Shown: in pieces, positions 29,992 to 39,142 of the stretch
Numbering within the stretch: the first letter of the stretch is position 1
Layout: each line of letters opens with the position of its first letter
NCBI GenBank assembly: GCA_964591265.1
Contig: CAZQAB010000015.1
Coordinates: forward strand, 301 to 64,300
Source: an uncultured Lachnospiraceae bacterium
Lineage (GTDB): Bacteria; Bacillota; Clostridia; Lachnospirales; Lachnospiraceae
Direction: 5' to 3'
DNA length: 64,000 nt
Translations under genes and position numbers: made by a program
Notes under the pieces: model-generated
Told to the model about the DNA's origin: nothing
Database searches by the model: none
The model's input: only the letters and a program-made list of their open reading frames with translations

Positions 29992-30507
29992 TTACAGGAT
30001 GATTTCAGTTATATCATCGATGGAGATGCTCTCACCGTCTGAATTGTCGTTTCCGGCGCAGAAGAGAATTCTGCGCTCATAGGGGTCGATCTTCTTTACT
30101 GCGCCGGATATCGTGCTGTATTTGCCGCCGGACTTGCTTACGTCCGGGCGGAAAAAGGTAATGGAAACGGTGGGAAAGGCCATGCCCGGGTGATCGGAGC
30201 GTGAGAGAAGCTGCTCCTGTATCATCCGGAGTTTTTCATCCAGACGGGACTTCTTTTCTTCGGACAGTTCGATCCTGCCGTCTGTCAGGCGCGCCGTTTC
30301 GTCGAGCTGTTCCTCGTAACCGGAAAGAGCCGCGAACGGGCTGAACTGCGCGGCGCGGTTTTCCGGGGACATCTGCGGGTGGACGGAGGAGACATGGTGG
30401 GGCAGATCCAGCATATCGTTGTAGCGGGGTTCGCCGCAGGGAGCGCAAAGCAGCTCTTCTTTTTTACTGATTTTTCCGGTATCATGGAAGCCGCAATGAC
30501 CGTTCAT
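29992..30507 (-). CDS. YolD-like protein
   Basis: YNDMLDLPHHVSSVHPQMSPENRAAQFSPFAALSGY motif; GAVKKID; AAAGGAG RBS. Confidence 0.85.
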   Translation of the reverse strand: MNGHCGFHDTGKISKKEELLCAPCGEPRYNDMLDLPHHVSSVHPQMSPENRAAQFSPFAALSGYEEQLDETARLTDGRIELSEEKKSRLDEKLRMIQEQLLSRSDHPGMAFPTVSITFFRPDVSKSGGKYSTISGAVKKIDPYERRILFCAGNDNSDGESISIDDITEIIL

Positions 30508-30602
30508 GGTGCGCCGTCTCCTTTCTGGCTGACTGTTTCCGTGGGATGCGTACAGAATTTCCGGCAGATGGGAGGTCTGCATACTGGCGCCTCGCAGTTA
30601 TT

Positions 30603-32165
30603 TTACGCCCGGTGGCCGCCCACCTGCTTGTTCCGCTCTATCGTTGTGGCGCCCTCCTCAAAATTCATACCTTTCAGGATCGCATTTTTCCCATATTTCT
30701 TTTTTATCGTGAGTATGGCCTGCTGAAGGCGTTTCTCCTGTGCCCGGGCGTTTTCCTCGGCGCTGTGCTCCCGCTCCCGCTTTTCATAGTCTGCGAACAG
30801 CTCCAGTTGTTCAAAGACCGGTTTTTGCGCGGCAGCTTTTTCCCGGATCACGTGGTTGGCGGCAACGGTGACCCGCCGTATCAGCAGATTTTTGTTGGTG
30901 ATCCGCTCATAGAGCTCCCCGGTTTTGTCCAGAATCAGCTTTGTGCTGGAGGTGTGTTTTCCAAGCTGGATGCTTCCGTGGGCGTGTTGGGGAACGCGGC
31001 GACCGTAGTGGTCGGTGACAATCCTGCCGCGGTAGCTCCTGCCCCGTTCGCCCTCCAGACTGGCGACGTCATAGCCGATGGTCAGCACGATCTGGTCTGT
31101 GACAAGTTCCCTGTCCACCAGGTCAAGTACCAGCAGGTCCGTCATTTCCCGAACGATCAGACGGCCCTTCTCGTAATCGTAGGGACTTTGCAGTACCTGG
31201 CCGGAACTCAGGCTGTTGTTCTCCGGTTTGTACTGACGGATCAGATCGATCGTGCAGGGTTCCCAGCCCCAGGCGTGGTCGATGAGAAGCTCCGCGTTGA
31301 CGCCGAACAGTTTGTAGAGCAGTTCTTCGTTGTAATAGTCGTTTGCCCCTCCTATGGAGCACCGGGCAATATCCCCCATGGTAAACAGGCCGTTGGCCTC
31401 CAGCTTTCTGGCGTAACCGCGCCCCACCCGCCAGAAATCGGTGAGAGGCCGGTGCGCCCAGAGCAGCCTGCGGTATTCCCGTTCGTCCAGTTCCGCCAGG
31501 CGCACCCCGTCCTTGTCCGGTTCCACATGCTTTGCCACGATGTCCATTGCCACCTTGCAGAGATACAGATTGGTCCCAATGCCGCCGGTGGCCGTGATGC
31601 CGGTGGTATACAGCACCTCCCGGATCATGGTCATAGCCAGTTCCCGGGCGGTCATCCCGTAGAGCGCCAGGTACTCCGTCACATCCATGAAGCACTCGTC
31701 GATGGAATACACATGGATATCCTCCGGGGAAATGTATTTCAGGTATATATTGTAGATACGGGTGGAGTAATCCATGTAAAGCTGCATGCGCGGCGGGGCC
31801 GTGATGTAGGAGAGCTCCAGGGACAAATCGGACTGCAGCGCCGTATCATCGAAGGAGGAAGCCCCAAAAGCGGCGTCCCTGCCTGAAGGGATGCCGCGGG
31901 CCTGAGCGGCGGCCAGCCTTTGGCTGTTGATTTCCTGCACTTTTTGCACCACCTCAAAGAGCCGGGGCCGGCCCGGAATCCCATAGGCCTTCAGGGAAGG
32001 GGAGACCGCCAGGCAGATGGTCTTCTCAGTGCGGGATGGGTCGGCCACCACCAGATTGGTTGTCAGAGGGTCAAGCTGCCGCTCGGCGCATTCAACGGAA
32101 GCATAGAAACTCTTCAGGTCGATGGCAATGTAAATGCGCTGCTTTTCTGAGACATCCCGGGGCAT
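30603..32165 (-). CDS. Y-family DNA polymerase (UmuC/UvrX/ImpB-like)
   Basis: IDLKSFYASVE, YSIDE catalytic motif, EQLELF clamp-binding motif, RNKQVGGHRA end; GGAGG RBS before ATG 32165. Confidence 0.93.
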   Translation of the reverse strand: MPRDVSEKQRIYIAIDLKSFYASVECAERQLDPLTTNLVVADPSRTEKTICLAVSPSLKAYGIPGRPRLFEVVQKVQEINSQRLAAAQARGIPSGRDAAFGASSFDDTALQSDLSLELSYITAPPRMQLYMDYSTRIYNIYLKYISPEDIHVYSIDECFMDVTEYLALYGMTARELAMTMIREVLYTTGITATGGIGTNLYLCKVAMDIVAKHVEPDKDGVRLAELDEREYRRLLWAHRPLTDFWRVGRGYARKLEANGLFTMGDIARCSIGGANDYYNEELLYKLFGVNAELLIDHAWGWEPCTIDLIRQYKPENNSLSSGQVLQSPYDYEKGRLIVREMTDLLVLDLVDRELVTDQIVLTIGYDVASLEGERGRSYRGRIVTDHYGRRVPQHAHGSIQLGKHTSSTKLILDKTGELYERITNKNLLIRRVTVAANHVIREKAAAQKPVFEQLELFADYEKREREHSAEENARAQEKRLQQAILTIKKKYGKNAILKGMNFEEGATTIERNKQVGGHRA

Positions 32166-32268
32166 CTTTTTCCTCCTTCCGAAATGATCGCTGCGAACTG
32201 CGAAAACAGATTTGGAACGCGCAGCCGTATAATCCAACGTAAATTCCATGCCGGAGCGGCGGATCACT

Positions 32269-32580
32269 TTACGAGCCGGCGCCTGAAACAGCGGGCCGCT
32301 CCACAAACCAGCGCCCGAAGCGGCTTGCAAAGATGGGATCCGTCCGCTCAAAAAAGAGATGCTTTTCTTCTCCCCGGATCATCACCGTATAGCAGTCGCT
32401 TTTCCGCCGTTTCTCCGATTCGACGGCGGGCCGGAAGTCTTTGACCTGCTCAATCTGAAAGGTACGGCCGTCGTTCCAGGTGATGGCGCGGGGCTGCATA
32501 TAGCCGGTGGGATCAAAATCGGAATTGACCTTTACGTATATTTTTTCTCTTTTCTCTGAAATTTTCTCCGGATGTTCCAT
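32269..32580 (-). CDS. Small hypothetical protein of the mutagenesis cassette
   Basis: GGAGG RBS; YVKVNSDFDPTGYMQPRAITWNDGRTFQI...YTVMIRGEEKHLFFE...RWFVE; sits between repressor and polymerase. Confidence 0.8.
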   Translation of the reverse strand: MEHPEKISEKREKIYVKVNSDFDPTGYMQPRAITWNDGRTFQIEQVKDFRPAVESEKRRKSDCYTVMIRGEEKHLFFERTDPIFASRFGRWFVERPAVSGAGS

Positions 32581-32619
32581 ATGGACACCTCCCTGTAACA
32601 GGAAATAAAAACAAATTAT

Positions 32620-33465
32620 TCAGGAGGTCACGCGTCCCACAATGAAAAGCGTGTCCTCCGGCCCCACCTCCACGTCGCAGTCGGCCCGCTCCCGGTTCAG
32701 GGACATCAGGCGGATCCTGGGGCGGAGATGGCCGTCGCTGGACATATAATCGGAAAGCTCATCCGTACCGGGCTGCATCTCCGTATATTTCTTGATGTAG
32801 GCGCTGCCATTGCAGACGAACACGCCGATCTCTCCGGGGTACAGTTCCCTGCATTGTTCCACGAACACGATCTCCCCGGGGGCGTAGCGGGGCAGCATAC
32901 TGTCGCCGGTGACCCGGATGCCGAAATCCCAGCGCTCCGGCATGCTGGCGGGACTGCAGGGGACCATCTCATAGTCCTCGCTGTCCAGAAAGGAACCGGA
33001 GCCGGCCGCAGCCGGAGTGGTAAACACTTTCACCAGAATATCCTCCGGGGGTTTGAAATCTGTCCTGCGGCTGCGGGGACGGTAATTGCCGGAGGCGATC
33101 AGTGTCTCCTTGAACATCCGGAGAAGCTCCAGGCCCTTTTGGCTGAGCTGGGGCGCATAGTCCGGAGCTTCCGGCTGGCTGTCTGTAAAGTAGGGCAGGA
33201 TCTCGCTGATCTGCAGAATATGGCAGAGGGCGAGAAGCTGGTAGGGATTGGGCATGGCGTCCCCCTTTTCCCACTTGCTGACCGCGCCGGAACTGACCGA
33301 TATGTGATAAGCCCCAAGGGCGGCGGCCAGATCCTTTTGGCTGAGCCGCTGCAGCTTTCGTGCCTGGGCCAGCTTCTGTCCCAGTGTATTGGCGGCTTTC
33401 AGGGCCCCCGCGTCAAAGGGCGGCGCCCCCTGGAAAGCGGTACTCTTATCTCTGGTTTTGGCCAT
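32620..33465 (-). CDS. Xre HTH + S24 peptidase (LexA/CI-like self-cleaving repressor)
   Basis: N-terminal HTH (VSKWEKG), AAAG cleavage site, RVTGDSM catalytic Ser, YIKKY catalytic Lys. Confidence 0.92.
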   Translation of the reverse strand: MAKTRDKSTAFQGAPPFDAGALKAANTLGQKLAQARKLQRLSQKDLAAALGAYHISVSSGAVSKWEKGDAMPNPYQLLALCHILQISEILPYFTDSQPEAPDYAPQLSQKGLELLRMFKETLIASGNYRPRSRRTDFKPPEDILVKVFTTPAAAGSGSFLDSEDYEMVPCSPASMPERWDFGIRVTGDSMLPRYAPGEIVFVEQCRELYPGEIGVFVCNGSAYIKKYTEMQPGTDELSDYMSSDGHLRPRIRLMSLNRERADCDVEVGPEDTLFIVGRVTS

Positions 33466-33498
33466 GCTCTGTATCCTCCCTGCTTTTTTATTGCTTAC

Positions 33499-33527
33499 AG
33501 TATAGCCCGGCTGACCGGGAATGTCAA
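33499..33527 (-). promoter_or_regulatory. Sigma-A promoter of the mutagenesis cassette
   Basis: Minus strand TTGACA (33527-33522), 17 bp spacer, TATACT (33504-33499). Confidence 0.8.
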
Positions 33528-33742
33528 TGGAAAAAAGAGGAATAAGAGAAAAATAAAATAATATAGAAGATTTATCGATTCAGGGCGGCGCAAAATAAAA
33601 ATCCGTTCCGGCTGACGGATTCTCTCATGTCCGCTCATGTCCGCAGGAAATAAAAAATTGACTTCGTACATACAGACAGTATATAATTGACGTACCAGAC
33701 TAAAAGGGTCGGTACAATATTAATTCAGAGAAGGTATGTGAA

Positions 33743-34426
33743 ATGAAACGTTCGGAAGTAAACGCTTGTATCCGCTATATGGAAAATCTGATCCGGGAGC
33801 ACGGCTTTGAGCTGCCCCCCTTCTGCAGCTGGACGCCCGTGGAGTGGGAGAGGAAGGGTCATGAGTACGATGAGATCCGGGATAATATGCTGGGCTGGGA
33901 TATCACGGATTACGGCCTTGGAGACTGGGAAAAGGTGGGGTTTGCCCTGATCACCCTGCGCAACGGCAACCAGCACGATCCGAAATATAAGAAGGTCTAT
34001 GCGGAGAAGCTTCTGATGCTGAAGGAGACGCAGCATTCCCCGATGCACTTCCACTGGACCAAGAGCGAGGACATCATCAACCGGGGAGGCGGCGTCCTGA
34101 TCATCCATGTGTACAATGACGACGGCAACGGAGAACTTGCGGATACGGACGTCCTGGTAAATTCCGACGGGCGTTCCTACTATGTGCCGGCGGGTACCGG
34201 CGTGGAGCTGCATCCGGGGGAGAGCATCACCCTGTGGCCCCACCAGTACCATGATTTTGACGTTAAGCCGGACACCGGCGATGTGCTGATCGGCGAGGTG
34301 TCCATGTGCAACGACGACAATACGGATAACCGTTTTTATGAGGAGATGGGCCGCTTCCCGGCCATCGAAGAGGACGAGCCGCCTTACCGTCTGCTGTGCA
34401 ATGAGTATCCGGCGGCGAAGGACTGA
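33743..34426 (+). CDS. D-lyxose/D-mannose family sugar isomerase (cupin)
   Basis: LGWDITDYG, TLRNG, YAEKL, PMHFHWTKSEDIINRGGG, GEVSMCNDDNTDN. Confidence 0.93.
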   Translation: MKRSEVNACIRYMENLIREHGFELPPFCSWTPVEWERKGHEYDEIRDNMLGWDITDYGLGDWEKVGFALITLRNGNQHDPKYKKVYAEKLLMLKETQHSPMHFHWTKSEDIINRGGGVLIIHVYNDDGNGELADTDVLVNSDGRSYYVPAGTGVELHPGESITLWPHQYHDFDVKPDTGDVLIGEVSMCNDDNTDNRFYEEMGRFPAIEEDEPPYRLLCNEYPAAKD

Positions 34427-34524
34427 GGCATGAACTGAATTTGAAGCGCGCTGCGATGCGTTGGCGGCCATGGCCGTAAACAGGGATATGCAGAAGAATT
34501 GCGCGCCCGGAAAGAAGGAAGGCA

Positions 34525-35400
34525 ATGATTTATACGATTCATAATGAAAATCTGACGGTGACCGTCAGCGATCTGGGGGCGGAACTGCAATCTGTCCGGG
34601 GAGCGGGCGGCACGGAGTATCTGTGGCAGGGAGATCCGGCAATCTGGCATGACCGGGCGCCGAATATCTTTCCTTACGTGGCCCGCCTGACGGAGGGGAA
34701 ATATACGCTGAATGGCCGGACCTACGAAATGAAGATCCACGGCATCGCCAAATATGCGGTTTTCCGGGTGGAGAACCAGACGCCGGATGCTGTTACTTTC
34801 TGTCTGGAAAGCAGCGAGGAGATCCGCAAACAGTACCCCTTTGACTTTGTCTACCGGATCACCTACCGCTTGGAGGGCAATACGCTTCTGACCACCAATC
34901 GAGTGGAAAATCCGGGACAGGAACAGATGTACTTTGGCCTGGGAGGCCATCCTGGATTCAACGTACCCATGGAGGAAGGGCTTGCATTCGAGGACTATTA
35001 TCTGGAGTTCTCCCGGGAAGCCCATCCCTGGCGGGTGGGATTTACCGGAGACTGCTATCTGAACGGGCGGGAAACGCCCTATCCCCTGGAGGGGGACAGA
35101 CGGATTCCCCTCCGGCATGATCTGTTCGACCAGGACGCTGTCGTTTTGAAACATGCGGCCCGGCAGGTGCGGATCGCCAGCGGGAAAGGCAGCCGGAGCA
35201 TCACCGTGAGTTATCCGGATTTCATGTACATCGGATTTTGGCATATGCCCGGCATGGAGGCGCCCTACGTGTGCGTGGAACCCTGGAGCTCGCTTCCCTC
35301 CCGTGCCGGTATTGTAGAGGATCTTGCGCAGCAGGAGGATCTGGTCAGGCTGGAGGGCGGGAAGCGCTACAGTAATACCTGGACGATTGCGTTTGAGTGA
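34525..35400 (+). CDS. Aldose 1-epimerase family (LacX-like)
   Basis: GAELQS, EYLWQGDP, HGIA, GGHPGFN, YVCVEPW. Confidence 0.92.
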   Translation: MIYTIHNENLTVTVSDLGAELQSVRGAGGTEYLWQGDPAIWHDRAPNIFPYVARLTEGKYTLNGRTYEMKIHGIAKYAVFRVENQTPDAVTFCLESSEEIRKQYPFDFVYRITYRLEGNTLLTTNRVENPGQEQMYFGLGGHPGFNVPMEEGLAFEDYYLEFSREAHPWRVGFTGDCYLNGRETPYPLEGDRRIPLRHDLFDQDAVVLKHAARQVRIASGKGSRSITVSYPDFMYIGFWHMPGMEAPYVCVEPWSSLPSRAGIVEDLAQQEDLVRLEGGKRYSNTWTIAFE

Positions 35401-35432
35401 ATAGAATGAATAAATGAACAGAAATTGAACTG

Positions 35433-35465
35433 AAAAGGCGCCCGCAGCAAAAGGCTGTGGACGCC
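35433..35465 (-). terminator. Terminator-like hairpin between convergent genes
   Basis: aaaa-ggcgcccgcagc-aaaag-gctgtggacgcc. Confidence 0.55.
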
Positions 35466-35509
35466 GCAAATTTTGCCCTGTGGGCGGAAAACACTGTGAA
35501 CACCGGAAT

Positions 35510-36031
35510 TTACGCTTTTTCCGGCTCCGGATAGTCCACCCCGAACGTATCGACGGTCATGGATTTGATCTTCTGCTCCTTCAGAGGACGGTCCCGGAAG
35601 TCCGTGGCGGTCTCCGCGATCTGATTTACCGCATCCATGCCCTCAGTCACCTTTCCAAAGGCGGCGTAAGCGCCGTCCAGATGGGGCGCGTACCTGTGCA
35701 TGATGAAGAACTGGGAGCCTGCGGAGTCCGGATGCATGGCCCGCGCCATGGACAGGACGCCCGCCTCATGCTTCAGACCGTTTTTGAAGCCGTTCTGGGA
35801 AAACTCGCCCGGAATGGAATAGCCCGGGCCGCCTGTGCCGGTTCCCTGGGGGCAGCCGCCCTGGATCATAAATCCCCGGATCACCCGATGGAAGATCAGT
35901 CCGTCATAAAAGCCCTTCCGGATGAGGCTGATGAAATTGTTGACAGAATTCGGGGCAATCTCGGGATAAAGCTCCGCCCTGATCACGTCGCCGTTTTCCA
36001 TGGTTATAGTTACAATCGGATTCTGTGCCAT
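35510..36031 (-). CDS. Cyclophilin-type peptidyl-prolyl isomerase
   Basis: FYDGLIFHRVIRGFMIQGG, LSMARA, SAGSQFFI, HLDGAYAAFG. Confidence 0.96.
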   Translation of the reverse strand: MAQNPIVTITMENGDVIRAELYPEIAPNSVNNFISLIRKGFYDGLIFHRVIRGFMIQGGCPQGTGTGGPGYSIPGEFSQNGFKNGLKHEAGVLSMARAMHPDSAGSQFFIMHRYAPHLDGAYAAFGKVTEGMDAVNQIAETATDFRDRPLKEQKIKSMTVDTFGVDYPEPEKA

Positions 36032-36277
36032 GTTGGAAATTCCTTTCTAAATTTATTATTCGGCGCTGCAGATGCTGACGGGACAGACCTGAACGATGCC
36101 CTGCAGCTCCCGGCATCCCAGATTATATTTGATTTCAACCCGGAATGCAAGCCTGGATCAGCCGGCTGGGATATCCGGTTGTCTGCGGCCGGGAAATCTG
36201 CTATAATTGCAATAATAACGGTTAAAAAGCAATACAGTATGATTCATTTTAAAATTCTGAGAACAGGAGGCAGGACA

Positions 36278-37078
36278 ATGGAAAACAGGGAGTTTTATCT
36301 GGAGGATGACGGATGGCGGATCCACTGCAAGCTGGATTATCCGGACTGTATGCGCCGGGCGGAGGACCGGTGTCCGCTGCTGATTCTGGTGCATGGCCTG
36401 ACCGGGCACATGGAGGAGCGTCACATTGTCAGCGTTGCGGGGGAGGCGACATCCATCGGGCTTGCGGTGCTGCGGGTGGAGCTGTACGGGCACGGGAAGA
36501 GCAGCGGTGAATTCCGGAAGCATACGGTCCTGAAGTGGGTGGATCAGATGCTGACGGTGGTTGACTGGGCCGCATCCCGCCCGTTTGTGACGGATCTGTA
36601 TCTGGCGGGACATTCCCAGGGGGGACTTGTGACGATTCTTGTGGGGGCCCTTGAGAGGGACCGGCTGAAAGCCATTATACCTCTGGCGCCTGCGATCGTG
36701 ATCCGGGATCGTGCGGATGAGGGGCAGCTGCTGAGTTATCAGTTTGATCCGGAACATATTCCGGATGAGGTAGTCGTTCCAAAAGGGGCGGATGATTCCG
36801 AGGGCAAAAGTATCTGCGGAAATTATTTCCGCGTGGCGCAGCTTCTTCCGGTGGAGGAATCCATCCGCCGCTATGAGGGGCCGGTTCTCATCGTCCACGG
36901 AGATGCGGACGAGGCGGTTCCGGTGCAGTATGCGTATGACGCCGCAAAACGCTACAAAAACTGCACCCTGAAGATCATAAAAGGGGACACCCACTGTTAC
37001 GACCACCATCTGGACGAGGTGAACGCGGCGGTCCGGGAATTTCTGGCGGCGCAGACGGCGGAGAAGCATTCTCTTTGA
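36278..37078 (+). CDS. Alpha/beta hydrolase, feruloyl/cinnamoyl esterase-like
   Basis: HGLTGHMEERHI, GHSQG nucleophile, HGDADEAVP, GDTHCYDHHL; motif order recalls Butyrivibrio Est1E-type esterases. Confidence 0.85.
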   Translation: MENREFYLEDDGWRIHCKLDYPDCMRRAEDRCPLLILVHGLTGHMEERHIVSVAGEATSIGLAVLRVELYGHGKSSGEFRKHTVLKWVDQMLTVVDWAASRPFVTDLYLAGHSQGGLVTILVGALERDRLKAIIPLAPAIVIRDRADEGQLLSYQFDPEHIPDEVVVPKGADDSEGKSICGNYFRVAQLLPVEESIRRYEGPVLIVHGDADEAVPVQYAYDAAKRYKNCTLKIIKGDTHCYDHHLDEVNAAVREFLAAQTAEKHSL

Positions 37079-37278
37079 AAGGATCTCGCGGCCTGAAAAT
37101 CCGGAATTATGAGATGTCTGAAAATTTGCCGGAAATCCGGCCAAAAATTCGAGCCTGGGAAACCTTTGCATTTCCGCTCCGCTTGTGGTATGCTATATAT
37201 TAACCGTTTTTTGTGTCGCGACAGATAAGACTGTTCAGAGAGGAGAAGGGAGACAAAGGAGTTTCCCTGAAAACACAT

Positions 37279-38934
37279 ATGGGAATTAGCAGTATCATAT
37301 CATTGCTTGGAGGACTTGGCTTATTTCTGTTTGGTATGAAATACATGGGGGAGGGGTTGGAGCTTGCGGCGGGCCCGAAGATGAAGGATCTGCTGGAAAA
37401 GCTCACCAGGAACCGAGTAATGGGATTCCTGCTTGGCGCGCTGGTGACGATTGTCATTCAGTCCTCCTCTGCGACCACTGTAATGGTCATGGGCTTTATC
37501 AATGCGGAGATCATGGATCTGGTTCAGGCCACCGGCGTCATCTTCGGTGCGAATATCGGTACAACGATCACCAGCGTCCTGATCGCCCTTGATGTTTCCG
37601 GGATCGCTCCGGTCTGTATTTGCCTTGGCGCGGTGCTGATGCTCTACGCCAAGAGAAAGAAAAAACGTTATATCGGGCAGGTCATTCTCGGGTTTGGTAT
37701 TCTGTTCCAGGGGCTTCATACCATGAGCAGCGCCATGTCCCCGCTGAAAGACTATGCGCCTTTCCAGAATTTCATTATGAACGCCAGGAATCCCTTTGTC
37801 GGGTTCATACTGGGCGTGATTATCTGCGCGGTGGTCCAGAGCTCCTCCGCAGCAGTCGGTGTACTGCAGGCGCTGGCAATGCAGGGCCTGATGCCCCTTT
37901 ATTTTGCCAGCTTCATTATCTGCGGGATCAACGTGGGTTCTTCCGCGCCGCCGCTGCTGGCCGCGCTGAATGCCAAGAACAACGCAAAACGCGCGGCGAT
38001 CATATATCTTATATTTAATGTCGTGGGTGCGGTTATCTTTATTCCTGTTTCCATGTTTACTCCTTTGACTTCGCTTATAGAAGCGTATATTCCAACCGGC
38101 GAGTTCCAGATCTCCCTGTATCATATCCTGTTTAAAGTGGTCACGGGCGTGATTCTTCTTCCGCTGGTCAACCTCGTCGTGAAGTGGACGTACAGGATCA
38201 TCCCGAAGCAGGCCCACGAGAGCGCATTCCGGCTGGAGTATATCGACGCCAACATGGAGGGGTCCCCTGCGGTGATCCAGCTTCAGGTGGGCAAGGAAGT
38301 AGAACGTATGAGCAATCTGGTCACCGAAAATTTGGCCAGGGCTTCCAACGGCCTGATCCATTACGATCTCAGCGAGGCCAACCAGATCCGGGATACGGAG
38401 GAAGTGGTGGATTATCTCGCCTCGGAGATTACCGATTACCTGACCACAGTGAATATCCAGGAGCTTCCGGCCAAGGTATCCCAGTATATGGGCTGCGCGT
38501 TCCATGTGATCAACGATCTGGAGCGGATCGCGGATCATGCGATGAAGATCATGGAACAGACGGAGAAATGCGTGGAGAGCGGCCTTGCCTATTCCGAAGC
38601 GGCCCAGGAAGAGCTGCAGGATATAGCGGATATGGATATCGAACTGATACATGACGCCATGGGAATCTTCCGCGACCGGGCGATCACGCCGGAGCTATGG
38701 CTGCAGCTTCGCAAGAAAGAACGGAAGATCATAAAGAAAGCCTCCAAGGCCCAGATGAACCACATGGACCGTCTGAAAAGGAAAGAATGCACCTTTGATC
38801 AGGGGCTCACTTTCGTCGAGGCGCTGAACAGCTATCTGCGCGTGGTGAACCATACCATCAACATTGCGGAAGCGGCGGGCAGCGATATCCTGGCGGGCCT
38901 TGTAAAGGGCAGCCTTGAAGAGACCCAGGGCTGA
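37279..38934 (+). CDS. Na/Pi cotransporter with C-terminal PhoU-like domains
   Basis: Two QSSS repeats, GANIGTT, DLERIADH. Confidence 0.93.
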   Translation: MGISSIISLLGGLGLFLFGMKYMGEGLELAAGPKMKDLLEKLTRNRVMGFLLGALVTIVIQSSSATTVMVMGFINAEIMDLVQATGVIFGANIGTTITSVLIALDVSGIAPVCICLGAVLMLYAKRKKKRYIGQVILGFGILFQGLHTMSSAMSPLKDYAPFQNFIMNARNPFVGFILGVIICAVVQSSSAAVGVLQALAMQGLMPLYFASFIICGINVGSSAPPLLAALNAKNNAKRAAIIYLIFNVVGAVIFIPVSMFTPLTSLIEAYIPTGEFQISLYHILFKVVTGVILLPLVNLVVKWTYRIIPKQAHESAFRLEYIDANMEGSPAVIQLQVGKEVERMSNLVTENLARASNGLIHYDLSEANQIRDTEEVVDYLASEITDYLTTVNIQELPAKVSQYMGCAFHVINDLERIADHAMKIMEQTEKCVESGLAYSEAAQEELQDIADMDIELIHDAMGIFRDRAITPELWLQLRKKERKIIKKASKAQMNHMDRLKRKECTFDQGLTFVEALNSYLRVVNHTINIAEAAGSDILAGLVKGSLEETQG

Positions 38935-39042
38935 GAAAAATGGGGGTTGTTTTTTGCTGTCATAAGTGATAGAATCTTTATAAAATTTTTAGAAATTTAT
39001 AAAGATTTAAGATAAATGGGGCAACGGAGTCGCATCGATGGG

Positions 39043-39071
39043 ATACCGGTACGTTGTGTGCCGGTATTTTT
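39043..39071 (+). terminator. Intrinsic terminator in the leader upstream of the hypothetical-cstA genes
   Basis: ataccggtac-gttgt-gtgccggtat followed by a T-tract. Confidence 0.65.
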
Positions 39072-39142
39072 GTATTGTGGGATATCCCAACCGAAGACCG
39101 TCTCCGAGGTCCCGCTGCGCCAAAGGAGCGGCGGATGGCGAC

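Noticed and set aside
32201-32220. Possible LexA (GAAC-N4-GTTC) box upstream of the polymerase
   Set aside because: gaaaacagatttgg has too many mismatches to call
35480-36277. 266-aa N-terminal extension of the esterase ORF (apparent 532-aa fusion)
   Set aside because: It is the antisense of the cyclophilin gene plus intergenic DNA; the true start is ATG 36278 with an AGGAGG RBS
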